Shown here: positions 18,321-27,349 of the stretch, piece after piece | How the letters are laid out: every line of letters starts with the position of its first letter | Position numbering within the stretch: position 1 is the first letter of the stretch | Position numbers and translations under genes: made by a program | NCBI GenBank assembly: GCA_030917125.1 | Contig: JAUPVH010000001.1 | Span: 1-43,717, forward strand | Source: Patescibacteria group bacterium | GTDB lineage: Bacteria; Patescibacteriota; Saccharimonadia; CAILAD01; GCA-016700035 | Length of the DNA stretch: 43,717 nt | Reading direction: 5' to 3' | Notes under the pieces: generated by a model | What the model was told of the DNA's origin: nothing | Seen by the model: only the letters and a program-made list of their open reading frames with translations | Database searches by the model: none

Positions 18321-18728
18321 GTGAACGCAATTTTGTTCCTATGTCTGTTTGGCATCATCATCTTTACAACAATTCTCGAATCCATCCATAAGCATCGGAT
18401 GAATAAGTGGCTTAAAACGTCTTATCCGGATGCAAAGACCAGACCCACGATTGAGTCTCTTTGTGCACTCTACACTGTGCCTGCCTCTTTCTTTCGATTT
18501 AAGTTTTGGATTTACTACATGGCTGTGCTTAGTCTTGCTGTGATTGGGTACATTCATATGCATATTGTTCCGAGAGACTATGCGATGCTCTTGGGGCTTA
18601 TTGCTTATGTTATGCCGATGATTATCTTTACGCTTGGTGTACTTAGTGCTTACACCTACGTAAACGAGTATTCGCGCCGTGAAACCGAGCGTCAGGCTCG
18701 GGAAACTTCTACCTCTTCACGTGAGTGA
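18321..18728 (+). CDS. hypothetical multi-TM membrane protein, 135 aa (native GC)
   Basis: GTG start with a GGAGGAG Shine-Dalgarno. Several hydrophobic helices. Confidence 0.55.
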   Translation: MNAILFLCLFGIIIFTTILESIHKHRMNKWLKTSYPDAKTRPTIESLCALYTVPASFFRFKFWIYYMAVLSLAVIGYIHMHIVPRDYAMLLGLIAYVMPMIIFTLGVLSAYTYVNEYSRRETERQARETSTSSRE

Positions 18729-18781
18729 AGGGGTTTCTTTTTTATTCTGTAACTTCTTGTATAATGAAGCTATAACCGCTT

Positions 18782-20407
18782 ATGGCAGAAAAAGAAGACA
18801 GTATTATTTATCTCGAGCATGATGCCGAGATTACCGAAGCCATCGCCAAGCTCAAAAAAGCTGAGGCAGATACGGTGCGTATTGTTGTTCCACCACGTTC
18901 ACCTCTTTTACAGAGTGTGGTAAACCTGAAGCTCCTTAAAAAAGCTGCCACCTCAAAAAAGAAAGAACTTGTATTGGTAACTGGTGATAAGGCAGCCACT
19001 AATCTCGCCGGCAAAGTAGGTATTCCGGTAGCGAAAAACGTAAAGGCTGAGGCTGTCGTGCCGGATGCCGAGCCAGAGCCAAAGGCCGGTAAAGTTGCCG
19101 CTGCTGCAGCCACGGCTGCCGTGCTAACCTCGCCGCTTGCTGCCGATGCCGCTGAAGAAGAGGCGAGCAAGGCACGAGACGAAGAACTCCCTGTGCAACG
19201 GTTTGATGAGCCTGCAGATACTGGCAAAAAATCCAAGAAGTCGAAAAAGTCGAAATCTTCTGGCCGTGGTAAGGTGCCGAATTATACTAAATTCCAGAAG
19301 TGGATATGGATTGGTGCATCGGCTGTTGGTGTAATTTTACTGATTTGGCTCCTCTCGGCCTTTGTGCAAACTGCTACGGTTAATGTACAGGCCGCGGCCG
19401 ATCGGCGGGATGTAAATACACAGTTTACGCTGGTTACTGCTGGTACTACGAGCGGCACTACAGTCGCCGCCCAAACGCTAGAAATCTCAAAAGATCTTTC
19501 GCAAAGCGTTGAAGCTACCGGTGAAAAAGATGTTGGAGCTAAGGCTACCGGTACGGTTGCACTCAAGAACTGTGAAGACTCAAATGCTCGTACGCTCGCA
19601 GCTGGAACAAAAGTCACCACATCGGGTAAAACGTTTGTGACGAATGCTGCTGCAACTCTACCAGAAGGAGAATTTTCTGGTGGTGGTACGGTGTGTAACT
19701 CGAAATCTGTTTCGGTGGCAATTACTGCTGCTGCGAATGGCGATGAGTATAACTTCTCGAATGCGTCGTTTACGGTGGTCGGGTTGTCATCTCGTATTTC
19801 TGGAACAGGTACAACCAGCGGCGGTGTGTCCAAGACAATTAAGGTTGTCTCTCAAGCTGATGTTGACGCTGCAGTTAAGGCCTTGCTGGAGGGCTCCAAG
19901 GCTGAAGCTCTAACCGAACTTAAGCAGGAAGCTGGCGAAGATCAAAAAGTATTTGACGACACCCTGACTGCCACTGCGACCACGCAATCTTCGAATCCGC
20001 CCGTTGGTACGGAGGCTTCGAATGCAACCGTAAATGTAAAAGCAAAATATACCGTGCTCGCCGCGAGTGAAGAGGATTTAACGCAAGTAGTAGAAACGGC
20101 TTTATCCTCAGACCTTAAGGGTGGCTCAAAAGTATTGGATGCCGGGCTTGATCAAGCGAAACTTACTCCGAAGGGCCAAAACAAAACCGGCTTTAGTTAC
20201 GCGATGGCCACGGTCGCCTACATTGGTCAGCCAATTGATGCGGAAGCGTTGAAGAAAGAAGTTGCTGGTAAGGCGAAAAAAGAAGTGCCAGACATCGCTA
20301 AGCAATATCCGAATGTAACTGGAGCTACGGTTGATGGCTGGCCGTTGGTGCCAAATATGCCAATCCCGACGGGCAATATCAAGGTAGAAATATCGGTAAC
20401 AAAATGA
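18782..20407 (+). CDS. hypothetical membrane protein with a large extracytoplasmic Thr/Ala/Val-rich domain
   Basis: 541-aa track ORF. Cytoplasmic N-domain, lysine-rich linker, one TM helix (WIWIGASAVGVILLIWLLSAF). Its stop overlaps the ruvX start (ATGA). Confidence 0.65.
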   Translation: MAEKEDSIIYLEHDAEITEAIAKLKKAEADTVRIVVPPRSPLLQSVVNLKLLKKAATSKKKELVLVTGDKAATNLAGKVGIPVAKNVKAEAVVPDAEPEPKAGKVAAAAATAAVLTSPLAADAAEEEASKARDEELPVQRFDEPADTGKKSKKSKKSKSSGRGKVPNYTKFQKWIWIGASAVGVILLIWLLSAFVQTATVNVQAAADRRDVNTQFTLVTAGTTSGTTVAAQTLEISKDLSQSVEATGEKDVGAKATGTVALKNCEDSNARTLAAGTKVTTSGKTFVTNAAATLPEGEFSGGGTVCNSKSVSVAITAAANGDEYNFSNASFTVVGLSSRISGTGTTSGGVSKTIKVVSQADVDAAVKALLEGSKAEALTELKQEAGEDQKVFDDTLTATATTQSSNPPVGTEASNATVNVKAKYTVLAASEEDLTQVVETALSSDLKGGSKVLDAGLDQAKLTPKGQNKTGFSYAMATVAYIGQPIDAEALKKEVAGKAKKEVPDIAKQYPNVTGATVDGWPLVPNMPIPTGNIKVEISVTK

Positions 20408-20847
20408 GTGACATGGGGGGAGAGCACATCGAGGCGGCCATTCATGAGCCACTCTTGGGGGTAGATACAGGTGATGTGCGGATTGGTATTGCCATTAAGT
20501 CTGCTGACGTAACCCGAGCTGAGCCGGTGTGTGTCATTAAAAACGAAACTGGAGTACTGGCTCGAATTGCGGAAATGGCACAAAAAAATAAGATCGAAAC
20601 CGTGGTAGTAGGATTGCCGCGTGATATTAACGGGAATGAGACCGCACAAACTCGTAAGGCACGTAGTTTTGCCGGCGAATTGGCTGACGAATCTGGGCTG
20701 CATATTATTTTGCATGACGAGTTTGCAACTTCGGAGCGGGCACGAGAGCGGCTCGGTAACCTCAGTCGCGAAGAAGAGAAGGCTCAGCTCGATGCCATGG
20801 CGGCAGCGATTCTCTTGGATGACTATATGGAAAGTATGGTCGAATAA
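20404..20847 (+). CDS. ruvX: YqgF/RuvX putative pre-16S rRNA nuclease (Holliday junction resolvase-like)
   Basis: LLGVDTGDVRIGIAI and VVVGLPRDINGNETAQT motifs. A later start (ATG 20413) is possible. Confidence 0.85.
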   Translation: MSDMGGEHIEAAIHEPLLGVDTGDVRIGIAIKSADVTRAEPVCVIKNETGVLARIAEMAQKNKIETVVVGLPRDINGNETAQTRKARSFAGELADESGLHIILHDEFATSERARERLGNLSREEEKAQLDAMAAAILLDDYMESMVE

Positions 20848-20850
20848 TTG

Positions 20851-21954
20851 ATGCCTCCAAAAAAATCAGGCCAAAATCTTGGCTCAAGTCATGCCATCCA
20901 TACGGTTAAGCGGCAGCCGGCCCATCGAAAGATTGCCAAGTCATTGGTGATTGCGATTTCGGCTGGCGTATTAGTAATTATTATCACGTTGGGGTGGGCG
21001 ATTTACGCCATTAATACACCGGCAGGTACCGGCAAACCACAACTTATCACCATACAAGAGGGTAGCTCAATTGACTCTATCGCCACCCAGCTTGCGCAAG
21101 CCAAAGTAATTTCAAATGATCAACTCTTCAAGTTGTATGCCAGGCTGGGGCCTGCTCGTGGACAGTTACGTCCGGGTCCCTACATGTTATCTCCAGGCAT
21201 GACTATGGTAGAAATTGTGGACTACCTCGCCTCTGGGAAGATTGCTGCGCGCCAGGTAACGATAGCCGAAGGGAAGACGATCAAGCAAATAGCAGCCGTT
21301 TTAGAAGAAGATACAGATTTTAAAGGCCAAGGTTTTGAGTCGGTCGCAAAATCTCAGCCCGAAGCTCAGCAACTCCTGCGCGAGCTCAACTCGCCCGCTG
21401 GCAACACAAATCCTGAAGGTGTGTATTTTCCTAATACCTATGAAGTCTTAAAAACCCAAGACGTCAGTGCTTTGGCCCAGAAAATGCTTGCTGGCTTTCG
21501 TTCAGAAGCATTGTTATATTTAGTAAATCCTCAGCCAGAAGAGGGCAAGGAAGTTCACCCATATGTGGCTCAATTAACGCCTTATCAGCGCCTGATTGTG
21601 GCGTCGATGGTAGAAAAAGAGGCGGCCAAAAGTGATGATCGAGCGAAAATCGCGGGTGTTTTTTATAATCGCTTGTCTCAAGGTATGCGCCTGGAAAGTG
21701 ATCCAACCATTAACTATGTAACTGGCAAAGTGGTGCCTTCTGCAGCGGACCTGACAATAAACTCACCATATAACACCTATCGTACCCGAGGCTTGCCGCC
21801 AACTCCGATATGTAACCCAAGTTTGGATTCCATTAAGGCCACCATATACGCTACGCCCAACGACTTTTTATTCTTTATTGGTAAGGATCGCAAAGTGTAT
21901 TTTGCCGAGACTTATGCCGAGCATCAGGCAAACATAGAGAAATACCTGAAGTAA
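20851..21954 (+). CDS. mltG: endolytic murein transglycosylase MltG (YceG family)
   Basis: N-terminal TM helix, LESDPTINY and YNTYRTRGLPPTPICNPS motifs. The ruvX-mltG pairing is widely conserved. ATG 20851 preferred over the TTG at 20848. Confidence 0.9.
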   Translation: MPPKKSGQNLGSSHAIHTVKRQPAHRKIAKSLVIAISAGVLVIIITLGWAIYAINTPAGTGKPQLITIQEGSSIDSIATQLAQAKVISNDQLFKLYARLGPARGQLRPGPYMLSPGMTMVEIVDYLASGKIAARQVTIAEGKTIKQIAAVLEEDTDFKGQGFESVAKSQPEAQQLLRELNSPAGNTNPEGVYFPNTYEVLKTQDVSALAQKMLAGFRSEALLYLVNPQPEEGKEVHPYVAQLTPYQRLIVASMVEKEAAKSDDRAKIAGVFYNRLSQGMRLESDPTINYVTGKVVPSAADLTINSPYNTYRTRGLPPTPICNPSLDSIKATIYATPNDFLFFIGKDRKVYFAETYAEHQANIEKYLK

Positions 21955-22049
21955 TACGATATTTTTCATAAAGTTGTGGATGAGTGACTCTTTGAATTAA
22001 CAGGTAGAAACTCCTCAAAAGAGGCATTTTACAGATGGGGAGTAGCTCA

Positions 22050-22078
22050 TTGACACGCTTCTAGGGCTTTGCTAGTAT
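22050..22078 (+). promoter_or_regulatory. sigma70-like promoter far upstream of the LysM-CHAP gene
   Basis: ttgaca (22050-22055), 17-nt spacer, tagtat (22073-22078). Confidence 0.4.
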
Positions 22079-22084
22079 AACGGA

Positions 22085-22503
22085 CGTAGCTTTTTGAGAG
22101 CCTGTGGTGGAGTTGTAAGCCTTTTTCTGGTGTCCCTCCGCTTTACTCCACAGTCCGCATCTCAAAAACTCCTGTCAGTCCAATCTGATACGGCACACGA
22201 ATACAATTAATAAGGTCGATTGTGTGCTTGTCCACCTTGGTGGAGACCGATTGTGATGACAGTTAACATAGCTTGATAACAGCGGGTTACTTTTTACACA
22301 AAATCTAAAAGTGAAACCGACAGCTGCAAGCAACGGAGTGCTGTATTCGTAGAATAAGCCCAAGCATAGCTTCCCCAGTAAATCCCGTAGGGAATGCACT
22401 GAATGAAGCCGCGAAGACTTCTTCTCACACAAACACCTCTCATTTGGAAGAGGATGGAAATCAACGCTCGCCCCGCCTGACGTTAAAAGGGCATGGGGCC
22501 AAA
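22085..22503 (+). promoter_or_regulatory. long (~420 nt) structured 5' leader or independent sRNA upstream of a cell-wall hydrolase
   Basis: No credible ORF. Hairpins include ctgtgg(tgg)agt...actccacag, gcacac...gtgtgc, tccac cttg gtgga and cctct...agagg. Unusual where most promoters abut the start codon. Confidence 0.3.
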
Positions 22504-23544
22504 ATGAAAAAATCAATAGCACACGGCGGCGCCTGGCGTCTTGCCTCTCACGTACTGGTTATAGCTGGTGCAATCTTTGTGGTTGCCGCAGGTAAGATTC
22601 AGGCGGAGAGTATCACTGGCCTGAAGGGCGGCGGTCGTGGAGCAACATCAACCGAAGATCAGTCCACGATGCTGGCTGCTGGCGCAATCTTGGCTGAGCA
22701 GAGTCAGTCGCTCATAGCGGCAGATGTAAAAGAGCGAGCGGTTACGGTTGCAGGGCAAGCAAAACTCGCCACAACCGGTGAATCATTCCTCACTAAGCGT
22801 GCACCGATAGCTAGTGGTGGTGTAGCTAATCGAACAGTAAGTATGCACACGGTTACGGCTGGCGAAACCGTTTCAACAATTGCACAGAAGTATGGCGTTA
22901 CCAGTGACACGGTTCTTTGGGCCAACGATTTGGCGGCCGATGCTGTCTTAAAGCCAGGTACTCAGCTTACTATCTTGCCAGTAAATGGCTTGCTCTACAG
23001 CGTAACCGGTACGGAAACGCTTGAGGAGCTTGCATCAAAGTATCAGGCCAGTGCTAACCTTATCGATAGCTTTAACCAGTTGGAAGGTAAACCGTTAGCT
23101 GCAGGGCAGAAACTCATCATCCCTGACGGTGTAAAGCCAGCACCAGCTCAGCCTGATCCGGCTCCAGTTGCTCGTCTTGCGAGTGTTGCTGCCAAGCCTG
23201 CTCCTTCAATTGCCAGCTTTAAGCCGACCTTCAGTGGTGGCAACAGCTATACTCGTGGTTATTGCACGTACTACGTAGCAAGTCGTCGTGGAGTGCCTGG
23301 AAACTGGGGTAATGCCAGTCAGTGGTATTACAACGCGATTGCCTCAGGCTATGGAGTTGGCTCAGCGCCACGTCCTGGTGCTATTGCGCAGACTTCCGGT
23401 GGTTGGGGTGGTTATGGCCACGTAGCCTACGTAGAAAGCGTGAATGGCGGTATGGTGACTGTCTCAGAGATGAACTACAATGGCGGCTGGAACCGCGTGA
23501 GTTCCCGTACCGTGCCGGCAAGTACGTTCCGCTACATCTACTAG
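22504..23544 (+). CDS. secreted peptidoglycan hydrolase with 2 LysM domains and a C-terminal CHAP domain
   Basis: Signal/TM segment. LysM repeats HTVTAGETVSTIAQKYGV and YSVTGTETLEELASKYQA. CHAP motifs YTRGYCTYYVASRRG and GYGHVAYVESV. Track ORF 22444 trimmed to ATG 22504. Confidence 0.85.
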   Translation: MKKSIAHGGAWRLASHVLVIAGAIFVVAAGKIQAESITGLKGGGRGATSTEDQSTMLAAGAILAEQSQSLIAADVKERAVTVAGQAKLATTGESFLTKRAPIASGGVANRTVSMHTVTAGETVSTIAQKYGVTSDTVLWANDLAADAVLKPGTQLTILPVNGLLYSVTGTETLEELASKYQASANLIDSFNQLEGKPLAAGQKLIIPDGVKPAPAQPDPAPVARLASVAAKPAPSIASFKPTFSGGNSYTRGYCTYYVASRRGVPGNWGNASQWYYNAIASGYGVGSAPRPGAIAQTSGGWGGYGHVAYVESVNGGMVTVSEMNYNGGWNRVSSRTVPASTFRYIY

Positions 23545-23596
23545 TAAATTTGAGAACATAAAAAAGACCGACCTCGTGTAATCGGGGTCGGTTTTG

Positions 23597-23869
23597 TTAT
23601 GTGAGACTGGCGATTGTAATCACGAGTCCGCAGATTGCCAGGAAAGAGGTGATGCATACCACAACCAGCCAGCCGGTTGCAGTTTCCTTATGTGCAACGA
23701 AGTCTTGATCGGAATCTAGGTCGGCATTGGGTTTCTCTACACTGATACGACTCATATCGAGAAGAATGAGATCGTTCATGTTGTTGTACTTGCGCCAACT
23801 GTACCGCGCACCGTAGATTCCGGCGATGAACAGTATGGCACCAATTACTACTCCTGTAGCAGAGTTCAT
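23597..23869 (-). CDS. hypothetical 2-TM membrane protein, 90 aa
   Basis: Track ORF with hydrophobic N- and C-terminal helices. Its ATG overlaps the stop of the upstream small ORF (ATGA). Confidence 0.5.
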   Translation of the reverse strand: MNSATGVVIGAILFIAGIYGARYSWRKYNNMNDLILLDMSRISVEKPNADLDSDQDFVAHKETATGWLVVVCITSFLAICGLVITIASLT

Positions 23870-24030
23870 GGCTGGTTCTGCTTTTCACGCTTGGCACGGC
23901 GATCGTCCGAACGAATAATGATGCTCTCGAGGGTGATCAAGGCCATGATGGCTACGATGACTGCAGCTCCGACAGCCATGCCGACAATGATGATTGCTTC
24001 AGTAAACCACACCGGAATGATGGGTTGCAT
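23866..24030 (-). CDS. putative 54-aa single-TM protein (below the ORF-track cutoff)
   Basis: Hand translation MQPIIPVWFTEAIIIVGMAVGAAVIVAIMALITLESIIIRSDDRRAKREKQNQP. A GGGGGAAA Shine-Dalgarno lies upstream, and ttgaca-N17-ttatat lies upstream on the minus strand. Confidence 0.4.
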   Translation of the reverse strand: MQPIIPVWFTEAIIIVGMAVGAAVIVAIMALITLESIIIRSDDRRAKREKQNQP

Positions 24031-24130
24031 GCTTCTCACGTTTCCCCCTTGTTCGAAGGTACTAAACTAGTGCAATATAACCATAAATCTGTTATACTGT
24101 CAAAGTTTTACGAGATTTTCTTTACCAGCA

Positions 24131-25393
24131 ATGTTTCTAGATTACACAACAGTTCAAGTTCAAGCAGGACGCGGCGGTGATGGCCGGGTCTCGTTTCTTC
24201 GTAATCGCCATAATCCACGCGGTGGTCCAGATGGCGGCGATGGCGGACGCGGCGGTGACGTGATTGTGCAAGCCAGCCATAATAGCTCGACGCTCTCGAA
24301 ATATCGCGTTAAAAAAGTTTGGAAGGCCGAGATGGGTGTGGCGGGTGGTCCAAACAAATGCTCTGGTAAAAATGGGCAGGATCTCATTATTATCGTCCCA
24401 CCGGGAACGATCGTGCGGCGTGGTGATGATGTGATTGCTGATTTAACAGAAGATGGCCAGTCGGCCGTCGTAGCCCGTGGTGGTAATGGTGGGCGCGGAA
24501 ACACGCATTTTGTGAGTTCTACCTACCAGGCGCCAAAGTTCGCGGAGCTTGGTTTGCCAGGTGATGCGGCCGAATTAGTCTTCGAGCTCAAACTCATTGC
24601 CGATGTTGGCTTAGTCGGCTTGCCAAATGCCGGAAAATCTACCTTACTTTCAGTGGTTTCATCGGCTCGCCCAAAGATTGCCGACTATGCTTTCACGACC
24701 CTCACCCCAAATCTCGGCATGGTGCGCTACCACGATAACGAGCTTATTTTTGCTGATATTCCCGGCCTCATCGAAGGCGCTTCAGAAGGTAAAGGCCTGG
24801 GTGATGAATTCCTTCGCCATGTTGAACGTACCCGAGCGTTGGTTCACCTCGTGGATGCTACAGATGAAGACGTTGCAAAAAGTTTTACGACCGTGCGCAA
24901 GGAGCTGGCAGGCTATTCGGAAAAGCTCGCCCATAAGCCAAGCGTGGTTGTCCTCTCAAAGTCGAGCTATCTCTTAGAAGACGAGCTTAAACTCAAGCGC
25001 AAGCAATTGGCGCGCGCTGCCAAAATTAAGATGGCTGAAGTTGTACTTATTTCAGCACAGGAACATATGGGCATTGATGAGCTACTCGCCGTGACCACAC
25101 GCGTGATTGCCGAGGCGCCGGTGTACGAAGCCGCTGAAGATGAGCAAATTATTGATGTGCCGGTAGAGTCGGTGGTGGATTGGTATTTGGAGCCAGAAGC
25201 TGATAATCGGTTTGTACTCAAGGGCAACGTTGCCGATCGCTGGGGCGGTCGCACCAACTTCCAGCAGGATCAGGCCGTGGAGCGCTTGCGTCGAGCGATG
25301 AGTCGGGCGGGGGTATTTCGTCGGCTCAAACAGCTGGGTGCTCCAGAAGGCAAGACAACCATCATCGTTGGAGGACATGAGCTTACATGGTAA
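24131..25393 (+). CDS. obg: GTPase Obg/CgtA
   Basis: Glycine-rich Obg fold (GRGGDGRVSFLR, GGDGGRGGDV). G-domain motifs GLPNAGKST, DIPGLIEGA and LSKSS. Confidence 0.93.
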   Translation: MFLDYTTVQVQAGRGGDGRVSFLRNRHNPRGGPDGGDGGRGGDVIVQASHNSSTLSKYRVKKVWKAEMGVAGGPNKCSGKNGQDLIIIVPPGTIVRRGDDVIADLTEDGQSAVVARGGNGGRGNTHFVSSTYQAPKFAELGLPGDAAELVFELKLIADVGLVGLPNAGKSTLLSVVSSARPKIADYAFTTLTPNLGMVRYHDNELIFADIPGLIEGASEGKGLGDEFLRHVERTRALVHLVDATDEDVAKSFTTVRKELAGYSEKLAHKPSVVVLSKSSYLLEDELKLKRKQLARAAKIKMAEVVLISAQEHMGIDELLAVTTRVIAEAPVYEAAEDEQIIDVPVESVVDWYLEPEADNRFVLKGNVADRWGGRTNFQQDQAVERLRRAMSRAGVFRRLKQLGAPEGKTTIIVGGHELTW

Positions 25394-25929
25394 GTTTTGA
25401 GGTTGGCGGCAAAAAGATTGAGTGTGAAACTCGACCAGACTTATTTAGTCCCAAAGATTTAGATCGCGGTACCAGACTTTTATTGGAGCAGGTGCAGGAT
25501 GCGAACTACAATCATGCACTCGATTGGGGCTGTGGCTGGGGAGCGATGGCGTTGTGGCTAGCTGCAAATAATCCAAAGGCCGGTGTAATCGGGCTGGATA
25601 GCGATATTGGAGCAATTAAAGTAGCTCAGAGCAATGTGGAACGCAACGCACTCAATAATGTTGAGATTGTTGCGAGTCATTGCTTTGAAGATGTCGATGC
25701 TCGAGAGCTCGACCTCATTGTAAGCAATCCACCAACACATCGAGGCAGAGAAGTTGTTGAGAATATGATTGCCGAGAGTCGTGAGCGGCTAGTGCAGGGT
25801 GGAAAATTAATGATTGTAGTTGAAGCCCGGCTTAAGCCTTGGGTACAACGAGCCTGTACAGAAGTTTTTGGCGAGTGTGAAGTGAAAGCCCGCACTAACA
25901 AGCATGTTGTAATTGAAGCCGCGAAGTAA
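25387..25929 (+). CDS. RsmC/RsmD-like methyltransferase (methyltransferase small domain)
   Basis: FETRPDLFSPKDLDRGTRLLL, LDWGCGWGAMALWLA (SAM motif I) and SNPPTH (N-methylation motif IV). Overlaps the obg stop by 7 nt. Confidence 0.8.
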   Translation: MVSFEVGGKKIECETRPDLFSPKDLDRGTRLLLEQVQDANYNHALDWGCGWGAMALWLAANNPKAGVIGLDSDIGAIKVAQSNVERNALNNVEIVASHCFEDVDARELDLIVSNPPTHRGREVVENMIAESRERLVQGGKLMIVVEARLKPWVQRACTEVFGECEVKARTNKHVVIEAAK

Positions 25930-25944
25930 AAACCGCCCTCCTTT

Positions 25945-26469
25945 TTAGGAAGACGGATTGTCGGCATCGAGTACCGCTAGAAAGCTCGCGCCAGCTCGCC
26001 ACGTAGCGCTATAGGAGCGCATGCTCAGTCGCGCCACTTCACCCCAGCGGTGAGCAAATGTGACATAGCTTACTGGTGTGCGGTGCTGGGTACCGTCCTG
26101 CAGGATAGTGCCGTAGGCCACAACATCGCCAAAGCCTTCAGCTCGTTCGATATGCTGCTCTCGCCAAGTACAGAGTTCAGACAAGGTGCCTGCTCGTGCG
26201 TGATTGTCGTGCAGCCAGTCGTTTGCATTGCTGCAAGTGAAGCCATCGGCCGGGCTGACGATGGTGATGGTGAGTTCGGTCGGTTCGCACGTAGCTTCCG
26301 CTGCAAAATCCGTGTGATCTACGGCTGGCTGTACGGCGTAGTCGACCATGTTGTCGAAAGTTTCAGCACAGAACTCCAGCATGTCGGGGATCGGATGGAG
26401 CTTGATGGTGTATTTACTGAGGACAGGGGGCTGCACAATTCCTCCAGATGGTAAAGGTACCAGGGGCAT
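25945..26469 (-). CDS. hypothetical protein, 174 aa (GC-rich cassette)
   Basis: Track ORF whose frame has G/C-biased third positions. No motif recognised. Confidence 0.5.
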   Translation of the reverse strand: MPLVPLPSGGIVQPPVLSKYTIKLHPIPDMLEFCAETFDNMVDYAVQPAVDHTDFAAEATCEPTELTITIVSPADGFTCSNANDWLHDNHARAGTLSELCTWREQHIERAEGFGDVVAYGTILQDGTQHRTPVSYVTFAHRWGEVARLSMRSYSATWRAGASFLAVLDADNPSS

Positions 26470-26503
26470 GATAGCAAAAGCTGTGTAGAAGATAAAGAAA
26501 TTA

Positions 26504-26532
26504 TTGACAAATTATTGTTTAAGTTGTAATAT
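26504..26532 (+). promoter_or_regulatory. sigma70-like promoter driving a GC-rich cassette
   Basis: ttgaca (26504-26509), 17-nt spacer, taatat (26527-26532). Confidence 0.45.
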
Positions 26533-26564
26533 GTACGCGTCATTGTACCCTTACCGAAAGTGGA

Positions 26565-26951
26565 ATGTTGCACAGACCACCCAACCCCAATGTCCCTGGC
26601 TGTACGGTTGTCGCCTTGCCAGGCGGCCAGTACACCTTTCGTGAAGTGCGTCGCGATGCCGACCGGTGCTCGTACTGCAAGTCCCGCAAGAAGCGGGTGT
26701 ACTACGACTACGAGAACATGGAAGGTCGCCCAGCGTTCTGCAACATGCAGTGCTGGTTCGGCTACATCCTCCGGGATCACTTGCGGCGTAAGCCTTCGCC
26801 GCAGTACCGCGAGCCGCAAGCCAAGGGCAAGGCCAACCCCAAGAAGGCCGACCCGAAGAAGCCCAAGCGTCGTCCGGCAACGACCCGGAGGCCCAGGGAA
26901 GTTGCTCGGCGTTCTCGACGTCAGCCGGTGGCCAGTACCACCATAACGTAG
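26565..26951 (+). CDS. hypothetical zinc-ribbon protein with a highly basic tail, 128 aa (GC-rich cassette)
   Basis: CSYC...FCNMQC, a TRASH/FCS-like arrangement of cysteine pairs, then a K/R/P-rich tail. This frame is chosen over 26560..26946 and the antisense ORFs by third-position G/C bias. Confidence 0.55.
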   Translation: MLHRPPNPNVPGCTVVALPGGQYTFREVRRDADRCSYCKSRKKRVYYDYENMEGRPAFCNMQCWFGYILRDHLRRKPSPQYREPQAKGKANPKKADPKKPKRRPATTRRPREVARRSRRQPVASTTIT

Positions 26952-26967
26952 AGCTTCGGTTCTACCG

Positions 26968-27002
26968 CCCCACCTCCGCTTGGAGGTGGGGCACATCTTT
27001 TT
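26968..27002 (+). terminator. intrinsic terminator
   Basis: ccccacctcc gctt ggaggtgggg (10-bp perfect stem), then cacatcttttt. Confidence 0.55.
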
Positions 27003-27082
27003 ACTTGAAAAAATCTGTGATATCTGGCAAAATAAAGCAGTTCTTTTAATAAATAACCAAATCAAAACGATACTTTTAACGA

Positions 27083-27159
<77 letters not shown>

Positions 27160-27178
27160 GGATTTAATGAACATGTTA

Positions 27179-27209
27179 AACAGGCACTCTATTATGGGTG
27201 TCTGTTTTT
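27179..27209 (+). terminator. intrinsic terminator after tRNA-Ala
   Basis: Stem aacaggcac/gtgtctgtt followed by ttt(g). Confidence 0.55.
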
Positions 27210-27349
27210 GTCCTCGTAGTTAGAGCTCAGGCTGTCAATAGGCGGCGCCTGAAGAAGTCGATGCATGTCAAAAGGTCATGGACAATTACTCATAAATATG
27301 CTAATCTCATTGCACTTATTGTCGCACCTACTATTTGAAGGGGTACACC

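Noticed and set aside
717-22503. A ydaO (c-di-AMP) riboswitch upstream of the rpf-like gene (717-893) or the LysM-CHAP gene (22085-22503), as occurs in Actinobacteria and Firmicutes.
   Set aside because: I could not find the conserved strings (ACGGGGGACCCA, GGGGUGAAUC, CCCGUCAGCUAACC) in either leader. The regions are reported only as unexplained leaders.
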